Shown: positions 19,755-29,470 of the stretch, in pieces | Position numbering within the stretch: the stretch's first letter is position 1 | Layout: every line of letters begins with the position of its first letter | Source of the DNA: an uncultured Methanomassiliicoccales archaeon | Lineage (GTDB): Archaea; Thermoplasmatota; Thermoplasmata; Methanomassiliicoccales; UBA472 | Reading direction: 5' to 3' | Assembly: GCA_963695345.1 (NCBI GenBank) | Contig: OY968769.1 | Span: 2,115,649 to 2,179,648 of the forward strand | DNA length: 64,000 nucleotides | The notes under the pieces: generated by a model | Told to the model about the DNA's origin: nothing | Database searches by the model: none | Seen by the model: the letters and a program-made list of their open reading frames with translations, nothing else | Made by a program: the position numbers and the translations under genes

Positions 19755-20009
19755 ACAGATCCCTTAGGTCATGAAATACAGTCACCGGCAACCGGTCTGA
19801 CCGCTGTTTCGTAAATGCTTTGGAGCTCCAGATATTTATAAGCACAGATTGGGGTCTGAATTGTCACGTACTTACTCTAATAGTTTGATCGGCGATGGTG
19901 TCTGGCCAATGATATAACGATGGATATTCCCTAATATGGAACATCTCTTCATTTGTTATTCTGTAATAGGGAATACAATTCTACCGATATTGCCAAAATC
20001 GTTAGAGGG

Positions 20010-21305
20010 TCACTCAATTCTGAACGGCTCACCTTTGGGCTCGCCCCTTGATGCAGTTGGTTTGTTAGTTCGTCCCGGTTTTCCTTTACCACAGAACTCA
20101 ACGTCGATCTTCAATCCCACCCGCTGTTCTACCTTCGCAAGATTGGATCCAAGTAAGGAGATCAGCGCGGAATCGGTAAACATGATGTAGTCTTTGCCGA
20201 GGCCGACATGGAGGAAAGCATTCTCCAACGCGTGAAATGGATGATGAACATCGATCTTGCCCTCGCGGACCATTCGTCGTGCTTTCGCTCCATAGGCTCC
20301 GGAGGATAGGTGAAGGTCCTGGACCCGGTCCGAAATGGCAAGGACCTGTTCTTGAAAGTCGGTGGCCCCGACATCGAGAATGAACATCGTTCCTCCCGAA
20401 GGGCTGGTAGTGGTCGAGATTATTCGGCCCGGGCCTACTGGGCGGGCTGTGACCTCATCGGGTTCTTGATGATTGGGGAAACATTTCTGGCATACTTCGA
20501 CCATATTTCGGGGAAGAGGCATCTCGGGACGCCTGGTGCGGAAATGCATCTGCTGGTTCAGCCTGACGGGGAAGGGAGGAACGATCCGCAATTTGTCCAC
20601 GAGCTCATGTTCGGCAAATAGTTCCTCGGGCGACCCGGAGAACAACAGTTCCCCTTTGAACATGACCACCATCACATCCGCCCATTCGTAGGCGGTCTCG
20701 ATGTCGTGGGTGGACAGGATCAGCGTCATTCCGCTGTGATTGAGCTCGTCCGACAATTCCATAAGCTCATGCACCATTTCCGAATCCAGACCCGCGGTCG
20801 GCTCGTCCATGATCAGCACTTTGGGTTTCATTGCCAGAGCGCCGGCGAGTGAAACACGCTTTTTCTGACCGAAGGAGAGCTGTTGTGTCGGACGTCTCCT
20901 CAGATCCTCCAAGCCGACCAGGTGCAGCGCCTCATCGATCCGTCGCTCGACCTCCTCTTTACCCAGCATAAGGTTCATCGGGCCGAAGGCAACGTCCTCC
21001 TCGACGGTGGTGGAGAATATCTGGTCATCGGGATTCTGGAGCACCATAGCCACCCGCGCGCGCAGATTGGCCAGGGACTTATGGTCGTAACCCAGGGGTT
21101 CGCCGTTGAAAAAGACCTTTCCGCTCTTCGGCCTCAGGATCCCGTTGAAATGGAGGAATAGCGTGGACTTGCCCGCGCCGTTCGGACCCAGAAAGACTAT
21201 CTTCTTGCCTTTATCGATGTCGAAGGACACGTTCTTGAGGGCGAGGACCCCGTTCGGGTATGAGAAATTGAGCTTGTCTGTTTTCAATATCGATTGGTCT
21301 GTCAT
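20010..21305 (-). CDS. cbiO: ECF transporter ATPase CbiO with about 150-aa C-terminal extension
   Basis: ABC motifs GPNGAGKSTL, LSFGQKKRV and LIMDEPTAGLD are present. The ORF continues roughly 150 aa beyond a normal CbiO end. Confidence 0.75.
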   Translation of the reverse strand: MTDQSILKTDKLNFSYPNGVLALKNVSFDIDKGKKIVFLGPNGAGKSTLFLHFNGILRPKSGKVFFNGEPLGYDHKSLANLRARVAMVLQNPDDQIFSTTVEEDVAFGPMNLMLGKEEVERRIDEALHLVGLEDLRRRPTQQLSFGQKKRVSLAGALAMKPKVLIMDEPTAGLDSEMVHELMELSDELNHSGMTLILSTHDIETAYEWADVMVVMFKGELLFSGSPEELFAEHELVDKLRIVPPFPVRLNQQMHFRTRRPEMPLPRNMVEVCQKCFPNHQEPDEVTARPVGPGRIISTTTSPSGGTMFILDVGATDFQEQVLAISDRVQDLHLSSGAYGAKARRMVREGKIDVHHPFHALENAFLHVGLGKDYIMFTDSALISLLGSNLAKVEQRVGLKIDVEFCGKGKPGRTNKPTASRGEPKGEPFRIE

Positions 21306-21309
21306 TGCC

Positions 21310-22107
21310 TCACATCCGGAAAAGCGATACTAGAGGGGCGGGATTCACCAGCATTAGATTGATGACGTACAATAGCACGAAGGTCAGGAGGCTGGCGAAG
21401 ACCCATCTCGCGGTCAACTTCGCCGGGGCGCGGTAGCTGTGGAACTCGCCCCTGAAGCTCCGGCAGCTGAGAGCTATTTGGGACCTTTCCGCAACTTCCA
21501 GAGAACGGGTGAATACTCCGACCATGATCTTGACGGTGGTGCGTAGTCTGTTCTTGAAACCGCTTAGGCCCAGGCGACACTCGGCCGCATTGTACATCGA
21601 ATCCATCTGCTCCAGGAGCAGGAACGAATACCGATAGACCAGGACAATAAGCTCGACGATCTCCTTGGGGATCCTCAGCTGTCTGAGGGCGTTGGCCAAA
21701 TACGGAATCGGTGTGGAGGTGGCGAAGAACATCATTACAGTCGCCCCGGCCACAGCCCTTAGGAAGATCAGCAGTCCGAGATCCACTCCTTGCTTGGAGA
21801 AGTTAAGTTCAAGATCGCCCAGACCGATCGAGATGAGATGGTCTCCGGAGGTCACCAGGGAGATCACGATGGCCCCGATGAGGAATATCCCCAGGCCTTC
21901 CAGCAGGGCGATGGTGATGACCCGGGGAAGACGGAATCTGGTGGAGTAGAACATCAGGCAGAAGCCTACGATGAACACCAGAAACGGGATCACGATGGAG
22001 GAGGCCATCAGGGACGAGATCAGCAGGGTGAGCGCAATCACGAACTTACCCAGCGGTGACCAGTCCCGGAATGGGGAGGCATAGGCGACCTCATCCATCG
22101 CGAACAA
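21310..22107 (-). CDS. cbiQ: ECF transporter transmembrane (T) component CbiQ
   Basis: A polytopic protein containing the CbiQ-like segment ...LRIPKEIVELIVLVYRYSFLLLEQ, positioned between cbiMN and cbiO. Confidence 0.7.
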   Translation of the reverse strand: MFAMDEVAYASPFRDWSPLGKFVIALTLLISSLMASSIVIPFLVFIVGFCLMFYSTRFRLPRVITIALLEGLGIFLIGAIVISLVTSGDHLISIGLGDLELNFSKQGVDLGLLIFLRAVAGATVMMFFATSTPIPYLANALRQLRIPKEIVELIVLVYRYSFLLLEQMDSMYNAAECRLGLSGFKNRLRTTVKIMVGVFTRSLEVAERSQIALSCRSFRGEFHSYRAPAKLTARWVFASLLTFVLLYVINLMLVNPAPLVSLFRM

Positions 22108-22122
22108 TGGTCTCCTCCTCCT

Positions 22123-23061
22123 TCACCTTGTCCGATCGACCCGTTTGAAACGTCTCCAGACGTAATAGATGATGGCCAATCCTATCAGGCCTTGCACAGC
22201 GAAGAGGATAATCTCCTCAAGGAGGCTCAGGTCCAGAAAGCTCTGGAACCAGGGTATGTAGCTGGGGTCTATCTGGATTATTGTTTCTGAACCAGCGTCG
22301 TCCGATCCCTGCAGGCCTACGTAACGGACCAATACCATGGCGATCACAACCGAGGCCGCCATGAGGGCCGTGAGGGTATACCTCATCCTCTTGGTCATCC
22401 GCCTCCCTCCCGCCCTGACCTTCTCGGCGAGAAGGTCCGGTCTGGAGCTGGCCAGGAAGTCGAAGAACATGACAGTGAGGATACCCTCGACGATGGCCAA
22501 AGGCACCTGGGTGACCGCATACACGGTCATGAAGGTCTCCCACGAGGCCAGGAAACTTCCGTGACTGGGAAAGGCGAGGGCGAGCTGTGTGGCGGTGACG
22601 ACGTAGGTGATCAGGTCTGCGAGGAACGCCGCCACGAAAACCGAGACCGACATCCGAGCGCCGATCTTCTGCAGTCCCTTATACGCCAGATAAGCGACCA
22701 GCGGTCCCGCTATGCCCATGGAAAAGACATTGGCGCCGAGAGTGGTGATGCCCCCATGGGCCAGGAGCAAAGCCTGGAACATGAGCACTATGACCGTCAG
22801 TACGGAAGTGATGCCCACCCCATAGAGCACGGTGCCGATGGCCGTCCCAGTCGGATGCGAGGAGGAACCGGATACCGAAGGTAGTTTCAGGGAGGATATC
22901 ACCAGGATGAACGCCCCAGATATGGCCACCATGAGCTTCTGTTCCGGGTTCTCCCTGAACATCCTAATGACCTTTCTCATCCCCCACACTAGGACTGGTA
23001 TCGACAGTAGATACCAGAAAAGACACCATTCCCAAGGCAAGAACCCTTCCATTATGTGCAT
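22123..23061 (-). CDS. cbiM: cobalt ECF substrate component, CbiM-CbiN fusion
   Basis: The N-terminus MHIMEGFLP is CbiM type. The C-terminal roughly 90 aa (GSDDAGSETIIQIDPSYIPWFQSF...EEIILFAVQGLIG) match the CbiN pattern. Confidence 0.75.
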   Translation of the reverse strand: MHIMEGFLPWEWCLFWYLLSIPVLVWGMRKVIRMFRENPEQKLMVAISGAFILVISSLKLPSVSGSSSHPTGTAIGTVLYGVGITSVLTVIVLMFQALLLAHGGITTLGANVFSMGIAGPLVAYLAYKGLQKIGARMSVSVFVAAFLADLITYVVTATQLALAFPSHGSFLASWETFMTVYAVTQVPLAIVEGILTVMFFDFLASSRPDLLAEKVRAGGRRMTKRMRYTLTALMAASVVIAMVLVRYVGLQGSDDAGSETIIQIDPSYIPWFQSFLDLSLLEEIILFAVQGLIGLAIIYYVWRRFKRVDRTR

Positions 23062-23066
23062 GGTAG

Positions 23067-23501
23067 CTAGCTCCCGTTCGCGCCCTCATTCATAGTTACC
23101 GATATGTGCCTGGACTTCTCCCTTATTCGGTCAGCGAGAATATCAGCAAGCCGGGGGTCTTCTCCGATCGGCGCGCAACAGACCACCTCGACTTCTTTTC
23201 CGTCCACCGTTATTGTTCCCTTCCCGCATCCCTTGTCCAATCCCAGGGCACGAGGTATGTCCTCTGTGATGTGGATGCCGGACGCCAGGAAGCAAGGTTC
23301 CACATAGATCACATCCACCCCCTTGGAGACCAAGGCCTGGAGCCCTTCCATGATGTCCGGTCTATTGATCTGCATGAAACCGGCCACCACCGGACCGAAC
23401 TCCATCCTTTCATCGAGGATCCTGGCCATTTCTACCACCAGGTCCCGGTTGTGCTCTAGTTTGCTCCCATGTCCGACCACAAGTACCCCGCTTCTCACCA
23501 T
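23067..23501 (-). CDS. cbiX: small sirohydrochlorin chelatase CbiX(S)/CfbA type
   Basis: At 144 aa it is the small type. VLVVGHGSKLEHN and FLASGIHITEDIP match class II chelatase half-size proteins. Confidence 0.7.
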   Translation of the reverse strand: MVRSGVLVVGHGSKLEHNRDLVVEMARILDERMEFGPVVAGFMQINRPDIMEGLQALVSKGVDVIYVEPCFLASGIHITEDIPRALGLDKGCGKGTITVDGKEVEVVCCAPIGEDPRLADILADRIREKSRHISVTMNEGANGS

Positions 23502-23560
23502 TCTCCCCCCTATTCACCGAAATGATCGTTGCCACGACGCTTGCCCTATCCTCATGCGAT

Positions 23561-24151
23561 TCATCTTTCCTCTAAGGTCACTATCAATGAGAACAGCTCC
23601 GACGCGATCGTTGGTGGCCTGAGATTGTTCCCAAATCCGATGGACTCGTTCTCGTATCCGAGGTTCTCGCACACGATTATCTTGCATGCCAGTCCTCGAT
23701 TGCTAAGTTGCGACGCGAACTTCGTCATGTCGAAGGTCGGATCAGCCAGAAGGAAGACGACCCGGCCCCTTCCGACCTCCTCCACAACTTCCTTGGTGGC
23801 ATCCTCCTTCGCTTTGCCATGTACGGAAACAACCACTCCCCTCTCCAAGGGTAGCTTGAGCCTGGCGAAGGCCAGCTGCATGGAGGATACCCCAGGGATT
23901 ACCTCGTCGCCGTAGTGACCAAGGCCGGCCAGCATCGGGTCGCCCGTTGACAGGACGACGGAGTCCTTAGACAGCTGGTCAAGGTTACCGTAGTCCTTGA
24001 TCACCTCTACCTTGCATTCCTGACCGATGTACGGTTTGGCCAGAACGATAGACCTTTCCGATCCGTAGATATGGCTGGCCGTCTCGATCGCCCTGATCGC
24101 CTCATGGGTCAGCATACCTGGACCGCAACCGACGCCGACCACGATCATCAT
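23561..24151 (-). CDS. cbiE: cobalt-precorrin-7 (C5)-methyltransferase CbiE
   Basis: VGVGCGPGMLTHEAIRAIETA and STGDPMLAGLG are tetrapyrrole methylase motifs. The size and position next to cbiD fit CbiE. Confidence 0.7.
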   Translation of the reverse strand: MMIVVGVGCGPGMLTHEAIRAIETASHIYGSERSIVLAKPYIGQECKVEVIKDYGNLDQLSKDSVVLSTGDPMLAGLGHYGDEVIPGVSSMQLAFARLKLPLERGVVVSVHGKAKEDATKEVVEEVGRGRVVFLLADPTFDMTKFASQLSNRGLACKIIVCENLGYENESIGFGNNLRPPTIASELFSLIVTLEER

Positions 24152-25155
24152 CCGCTGTCCCCCAGGACTTTGCCTGTCCGGTCCACTAGGACCACGCGCA
24201 GGTCATGACGGATCGATTTTGAACGGGACAATGCATCCATCATCCGCTCGTTCCAGCGTTCATCCATCAGCATTTCGTCTATGGTCAGGCAACCCGTGCC
24301 TTCCAATATCCGCGGGTCGAGATACTTGAGGATCAGTCCAGGCATTCCGCAAAGGACCACATCGCCCCTGGCCTCCTTGATCGCTTGGCCCATGTTGACC
24401 CCGACCAGTACGGATTCCCTGTCCGGGAACAGAAGACGCGAATGCCGGAGGCCGACTCTCCCGGTCGTCAAAACCACCCGGTCGCCGCTCCTGATCCGCT
24501 CCATAACCGAAGCCCCGGCATGGTCGTCCCAAGGTTCTACAAGACCCGTGGAACCTAGTATCGAGATGCCTCCGAAAATGCCCACCCTTTCGTTTAAGGT
24601 CCTCTTGGCCACCTCGGCGCCGCTACTGATCGTCAGGTCCAGCTCCACGCCTTCCAGTCCGATCTGGGCCATGGCCTCCCTCGCCGCCTGGTCGATGCTC
24701 AGGGAAGCATTCTTGCTGACCGCGGGGTCGCCTTCAGCCATGTCATTGAAAGGTCTTGTCAGGCGCCCCACCCCGGCGCCGTAGCTGATGTTGACGCCCG
24801 AGCCTCTAGCGGCAGCCACGCATACAAACTCGATCTCAGCGGTCACGTCCGTCGCATAGTCACCGGCGAACTTCCGACAGGTGCCCACACCCCGCACTCC
24901 TACGCTGGACACGTCCACCCGGAGACCGCATGAAAGATTGATCTCTACCACACGGACCTCGTGCTTGAGCGAGAGAATGGCAGACTTGCATGCGGCCGAA
25001 GCGGTCGTTCCGGTGGTGAAACCCCGCCGCAACACTTTCCCGGACGAGGTAAGAACGGCCAATCCATCCGCTACCATCCTCAGCCCTTCGGAGTCGTCAC
25101 ATTTACCGACCCATGCCTCGGGATACTCGTACCCTGTGACTGGATCACTTGTCAT
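24148..25155 (-). CDS. cbiD: cobalt-precorrin-5B (C1)-methyltransferase CbiD
   Basis: LRRGFTTGTTASAACKSA and GGISILGSTGLVEPW are CbiD signatures. Confidence 0.8.
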   Translation of the reverse strand: MTSDPVTGYEYPEAWVGKCDDSEGLRMVADGLAVLTSSGKVLRRGFTTGTTASAACKSAILSLKHEVRVVEINLSCGLRVDVSSVGVRGVGTCRKFAGDYATDVTAEIEFVCVAAARGSGVNISYGAGVGRLTRPFNDMAEGDPAVSKNASLSIDQAAREAMAQIGLEGVELDLTISSGAEVAKRTLNERVGIFGGISILGSTGLVEPWDDHAGASVMERIRSGDRVVLTTGRVGLRHSRLLFPDRESVLVGVNMGQAIKEARGDVVLCGMPGLILKYLDPRILEGTGCLTIDEMLMDERWNERMMDALSRSKSIRHDLRVVLVDRTGKVLGDSG

Positions 25156-25813
25156 GCTCTCTCTCGTTGAAGATGGTGATGATCTCGTTCAAGGCCGCCA
25201 CCGCGACCGGAGTGCCTCCCCTGGTCCCTTCCACCGATATCGAGGGCACGGGCATCGTCCGTAGCAGTGCTTTTGATTCGGCCGCGTTGACAAACCCCAC
25301 CGCCGAACCGATGACGAGGGCCGGTTTCACTCCCTGCTTGATCATATCGCAGAGAACGAGCAGGGATGACGGTGCATTGCCGATGACTATTATCGCCCCT
25401 TCTATCTCGTCCTTCAACGCGATTATTCCGGCAGATGTCCTGGTGATGCCCCTTTCCTTGGATATTTCCTGGCCGTGGTCGAGAAAGCACTTCACCGGCG
25501 AGAGGTGCCCTTTCTTCTGGATTCCCACCTGGACCATCTTTATGTCGACCAGGATGGGCGCCTTATTCTCCAGAGCCCTGAGCCCGGCCTCGATCGGCCG
25601 GTTTTCGAATCGTATCAGTTTGGCCATCTCGAAGTCGCCCACGGCGATGGAGCATCGCTGCCTTACTCGGTCCTCATCGTTGTCCGACCCTATGGCCGAA
25701 CGGGCAAGGGCCCGGCTGCGCGAGGATATCGAATAACCCTCTTCCGTGTCCGCCCCCAGGTCAATATACGTATTTTCTGTCGTAGCCTCTCGGTGTGATG
25801 ATCCCTCTGACAT
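25145..25813 (-). CDS. cbiC: cobalt-precorrin-8 methylmutase CbiC
   Basis: IVIGNAPSSLL and GGTPVAVAALNEI are CbiC/CobH-like. The gene overlaps the end of cbiH by 53 nt. Confidence 0.75.
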   Translation of the reverse strand: MSEGSSHREATTENTYIDLGADTEEGYSISSRSRALARSAIGSDNDEDRVRQRCSIAVGDFEMAKLIRFENRPIEAGLRALENKAPILVDIKMVQVGIQKKGHLSPVKCFLDHGQEISKERGITRTSAGIIALKDEIEGAIIVIGNAPSSLLVLCDMIKQGVKPALVIGSAVGFVNAAESKALLRTMPVPSISVEGTRGGTPVAVAALNEIITIFNEREHDK

Positions 25814-26546
25814 TTTCCCCCTCCCTCCATACCCTACTTTCAGAATTCCCTATGATGACCGTTGAGTGCATGTCGACAAAGGAATCGTCCTCTGACAACG
25901 CCCCCAGGTCGGTGACCTTCGTTATCTCCCCTTCCCGGTAGGCGTTCTTCACGATACCGACCGGCGTGCTCTTCGGCAGTGTGGCAAGCGCTTTCTCGAT
26001 GGTTTCCTTGAAATGCGCCTTACGGGTCTTGCTCTTCGGGTTGTAGAGCACCAACGGCACATTCATCTCCAGGGCCAGTCCGATCCGTTTCTCGATCAGG
26101 GGCCAGGGCGTGAGCAGATCGCTCAGGCTTATGACCATGAAATCGCTCGAAAGGGGCGAACCCAGCCTGGATGCGGCGGCCGTTGCTGCGGTCACCCCGG
26201 CGATCACTTCGTACGGGACCTCCGTACCGCTCTTCTCCATGACCTCCAGAACGATGCTTGCCATACCGTAGACGCCCGCGTCCCCGCCGCTAACCATCGA
26301 CACGGTATGCTCCCTCGCCAGGTCCACTGCCTTCTTCGCCCGGTCGACCTCCTTGCCCATGGAGCTCATGATGACCTTTTTGCCTTCCAGAGTGCCTTCC
26401 AGAAGATCGACGTACATGCGGTTTCCGATGACATACTCCGAATCCTTGATTGCCGCTTTTGCACGTTCGGTAAGCATGTCGACGCTTCCCGGTCCGGTCC
26501 CAACGATGTACAGCTTCCCCTCACTTTGCGATCGCGATTGTGACAT
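25761..26546 (-). CDS. cbiH: cobalt-factor III / precorrin-3B C17-methyltransferase CbiH
   Basis: LYIVGTGPGSVDMLTERA and SGGDAGVYGMA are tetrapyrrole methylase motifs. Confidence 0.75.
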   Translation of the reverse strand: MSQSRSQSEGKLYIVGTGPGSVDMLTERAKAAIKDSEYVIGNRMYVDLLEGTLEGKKVIMSSMGKEVDRAKKAVDLAREHTVSMVSGGDAGVYGMASIVLEVMEKSGTEVPYEVIAGVTAATAAASRLGSPLSSDFMVISLSDLLTPWPLIEKRIGLALEMNVPLVLYNPKSKTRKAHFKETIEKALATLPKSTPVGIVKNAYREGEITKVTDLGALSEDDSFVDMHSTVIIGNSESRVWREGENVRGIITPRGYDRKYVY

Positions 26547-27391
26547 TGCCCTCTGCCCTCCTCTCCATTACCATTTCATGATGTTTCGCCAGCGCGAGGG
26601 CTGACGGTTCGGCCACGCCCACCAGTCCGATAATACCGGCCTTCGAGGGCGTTACCCCTTTGTTAGAATTGATGGTCACGTCATCCAGGAACACCAGGTT
26701 CCCTTCCAGTGCCTGCACAGCCTCGAGGAGGCCGCTCTCGTCCCTCTTCTTGATCGTGGTGGCGTATGCCAGGACCTCATCCTTCGAAATGCCATTCTCC
26801 GCCAGAGTGCGGTTGATCAGATCCAGGATCTCGTCCTTCGGCGTTCCCCGGTTGCAGCCGAGACCGATGATATAGCTCCCTTTCCTGAACAGAACCGAGA
26901 CCTTCGGTCCGGCGATCACGACCGCAGGCCCGGCGACGGTGTGGACAGGAACATCGCCCTCCAGGAATCCCTTGTTTACCGCGATCGTGGACGTCCTGTT
27001 TATCACGTCCAGCCCATTCTGTTCCATTATCGTCTCGACGGACGGTCTGCAGTTCGCTTCGGTCGCTGTTGTGATCACCGGTTCCGCACCAATGCCCAAC
27101 CAATCTCTTGGCCAGTTCGTTCGCGCCATGATGTCCTCCGATCAAAGGTATGGCGTATCGGCAACCGGAGGGAACCACGACCACCGGCGGGTCGGTCCAC
27201 TTGTCCTGAATCAAGTGAGCGATCTTGCGTACCACTATGCCCGTCGCCATGACCGCGACTATGCCCTTGCCGTCCAGGAACGCCTCTTCGAACGTTCCGT
27301 CGCGATAGTCCACAAGCTCCGCTCCGAGGAACCTTGCGATCTTGGCCGCATCCTGGTCGCCGGCAAAGCCGATCACGCGAATATCGCTCAT
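26521..27391 (-). pseudogene. cbiG: cobalt-precorrin-5A hydrolase CbiG, one frame disruption
   Basis: The N-terminal part ends ...IPLIGGHHGANELAKR. The conserved remainder (DWLGIGAEPVITTATEA...IIGLGCNRGT...) continues in another frame, with the change near 27100-27115. Confidence 0.75.
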
Positions 27392-28101
27392 GAATACAAC
27401 ACCGAGTTCTGGTATCGGGATTCCGGGTCGACGATCCCGCCGATCAATATGAGGGCGGTCTTCTCGATTCCCGCTTCCCTGGCCTTCTGGCAGATATCGC
27501 CGACCGTCCCCTTGACGACCTTCTGGTCAGGCCAAGAGGCATGGTAGACTATGGCCGCTGGGGTGTTCCGGGGGCACATGACCTTCTCCATGATGTCCTC
27601 CATCTTGTCGGTCCCAAGGAATATGACCAGGGACTCGCCGCGGCTGGAGAGCTCGGCGATCTTGTCCGATTCCAAGGTGGCACCGGCAGGTCTCGTGACA
27701 ATCAGCGTGTCGGAGACCCCCTTCAAGGTCAATTGGGTCTTGAGAGCGGCCGCCGCCGCGAACATCGACGAGACACCTGGCACTATCTCGACATCAATGC
27801 CTTTCGCCTTCAGGTCGACTATCTGTTCGACGATCGATCCGAAGATCGAAGGGTCGCCGCTGTGCAGCCTGACCACCCTCTTACCATTGGCCAAGCCTTT
27901 CACGATGGCCTCGGTGGTCTCGTCGAGGCTCATCCCCCAGCTGTCAAGCTTGAGCCCGGCCGGTGACCGGTCAACGATGACCGGGTTCACCAGGGAGCCG
28001 GCGTAGATCAGCACGTCGGCCCTCATTACCAGGTCCATTCCCTTCACCGTTATCAGGTCAGGGTCCCCTGGACCGGCACCTACGAAATGCACCTTGTCCA
28101 T
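27388..28101 (-). CDS. cbiF: cobalt-precorrin-4 C11-methyltransferase CbiF
   Basis: VHFVGAGPGDPDLITVKG and RLHSGDPSIFGS are present, and the start overlaps cbiG in an ATGA arrangement. Confidence 0.8.
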   Translation of the reverse strand: MDKVHFVGAGPGDPDLITVKGMDLVMRADVLIYAGSLVNPVIVDRSPAGLKLDSWGMSLDETTEAIVKGLANGKRVVRLHSGDPSIFGSIVEQIVDLKAKGIDVEIVPGVSSMFAAAAALKTQLTLKGVSDTLIVTRPAGATLESDKIAELSSRGESLVIFLGTDKMEDIMEKVMCPRNTPAAIVYHASWPDQKVVKGTVGDICQKAREAGIEKTALILIGGIVDPESRYQNSVLYS

Positions 28102-28103
28102 TC

Positions 28104-28716
28104 TTACCGCCTCGCGAACATTATTGAGAAGTAGTCGCTGTTCTCTGGCATGTCTGCCTCGCCGTAGATACGCTCGCCTGGCATGTAGATCCTCTCGGCC
28201 AGGAAGAATTGGTTATAGCCCCTGTTCCCGAAGCTCGTTGCACCTTTTCCCGAGGATGCCTGACCTTCAGCAGCACCATGCTCTCCGGATCGGGTCCGTC
28301 CGAGACGATGAAACCCCCGTTGATAGACAGCCCGGCCACTCGGGAGGCGAACGCGGTGATGGAGCTTATCCCCGGCTCCACCTGGAATTCGATTTCCGGA
28401 TACTTCGCCTGACATGATCTGGCAAAGCCTGGAGAAGGTGGAATAGAAGCTCGGGTCACCGATCATTCCGAAGACCGCCGTTCCCTCCCTGGCGAACGGC
28501 GCGATGATATCCGCCTGGCTCTCCAGCTTCTTCCTGATGGCATCCTCGTCATCGGTCATCGGGAAGTCCATTATGACAGGGTCAGCATGGTCCCTTGACA
28601 AGGTCATAAGCAATCTTTCCGGGAACGAACACCTTGTCCGCCGTTCTCAGGAGGCGCACCGCCTTCAGCGTCAGCAGTTCTTTGTCGCCAGGTCCTAGTC
28701 CCAATCCGATCAGCAT
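28104..28716 (-). pseudogene. cbiL: cobalt-factor II C20-methyltransferase CbiL, three frame disruptions
   Basis: The protein is spread over four pieces that alternate between frames: [23 protein letters not shown]... (ATG 28716), [17 protein letters not shown]...GDPSFYSTFSRLCQIM, KYPEIEFQVEPGISSITAFASRV...VLLKV, and GYNQFFLAERIYMPGERIY. The changes fall near 28590-28597, 28408-28413 and 28220-28232. Confidence 0.7.
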
Positions 28717-28717
28717 C

Positions 28718-29251
28718 TCAATCCCCTCCTTCCCTTCTTCCTACGATCACAAAGACCGGATCGATCGGTTTGAACATTATCGAACCAGCCAACTGGTATG
28801 ACCTCGAAACCTGCACTTGGACCGCTTCTCTGAATGTCCCAAGTTTTTTCATGGTGGACACGGCGTCCTCTAGGGTCCTTATGAGGACCGCATTTACCAC
28901 CACGGTCCTTGTCTTCAGGCGATCGAGTTCCTCAAGTGTCTCCTTGAGTCCCTTGGAACCTCCCAGGAACGCCACGTCCACCGATGGGTCGGTCTTCAGG
29001 AAATCTTCAGCCCTGCAATGATGGAACTCGATGTTCCCGACCTCCGCTTTCTGCGTCTCGGCCTTGGCGCACTCTATCGCCTCAGGACGGACATCTACCG
29101 CGTAGACCTTGGAGCACAACCTAGCGGCGGCGATGCTCACTTTTCCGGTTCCGCATCCTAGATCGGCGAACACGTCCCCCTTGCGCAGCCCTGCCTTGAA
29201 CAGCGAGACGGCGAGCACCTCATCTTGCGTAGGTCCCCCTCGAAGTGTCAT
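28718..29251 (-). CDS. cbiT: cobalt-precorrin-6B C15-methyltransferase (decarboxylating) CbiT
   Basis: [15 protein letters not shown] is SAM motif I. Start taken at [12 protein letters not shown], because a TATA-like TTTTATATTA sits just upstream at about 29283-29295; the ORF is open up to 29308. Confidence 0.7.
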   Translation of the reverse strand: MTLRGGPTQDEVLAVSLFKAGLRKGDVFADLGCGTGKVSIAAARLCSKVYAVDVRPEAIECAKAETQKAEVGNIEFHHCRAEDFLKTDPSVDVAFLGGSKGLKETLEELDRLKTRTVVVNAVLIRTLEDAVSTMKKLGTFREAVQVQVSRSYQLAGSIMFKPIDPVFVIVGRREGGD

Positions 29252-29470
29252 TTGACCCCGAGTTGGATGATACGTCCAACTAATATAAAAGACTATTGGA
29301 TGTATCATCCAACTGGGTGTCCCGGTTTCGAATTTCCAAGGGTAAAATTCTCAATCCAGATGTTAGGGAATAACATTATAGAATGCTTCAAATAAGCATC
29401 CCCCTTATGTCCAATTCAAGGGGTTCGGTCCGTTCAACGGAACCGTTCGAAAGGCAGGGGGCGAACGTCG

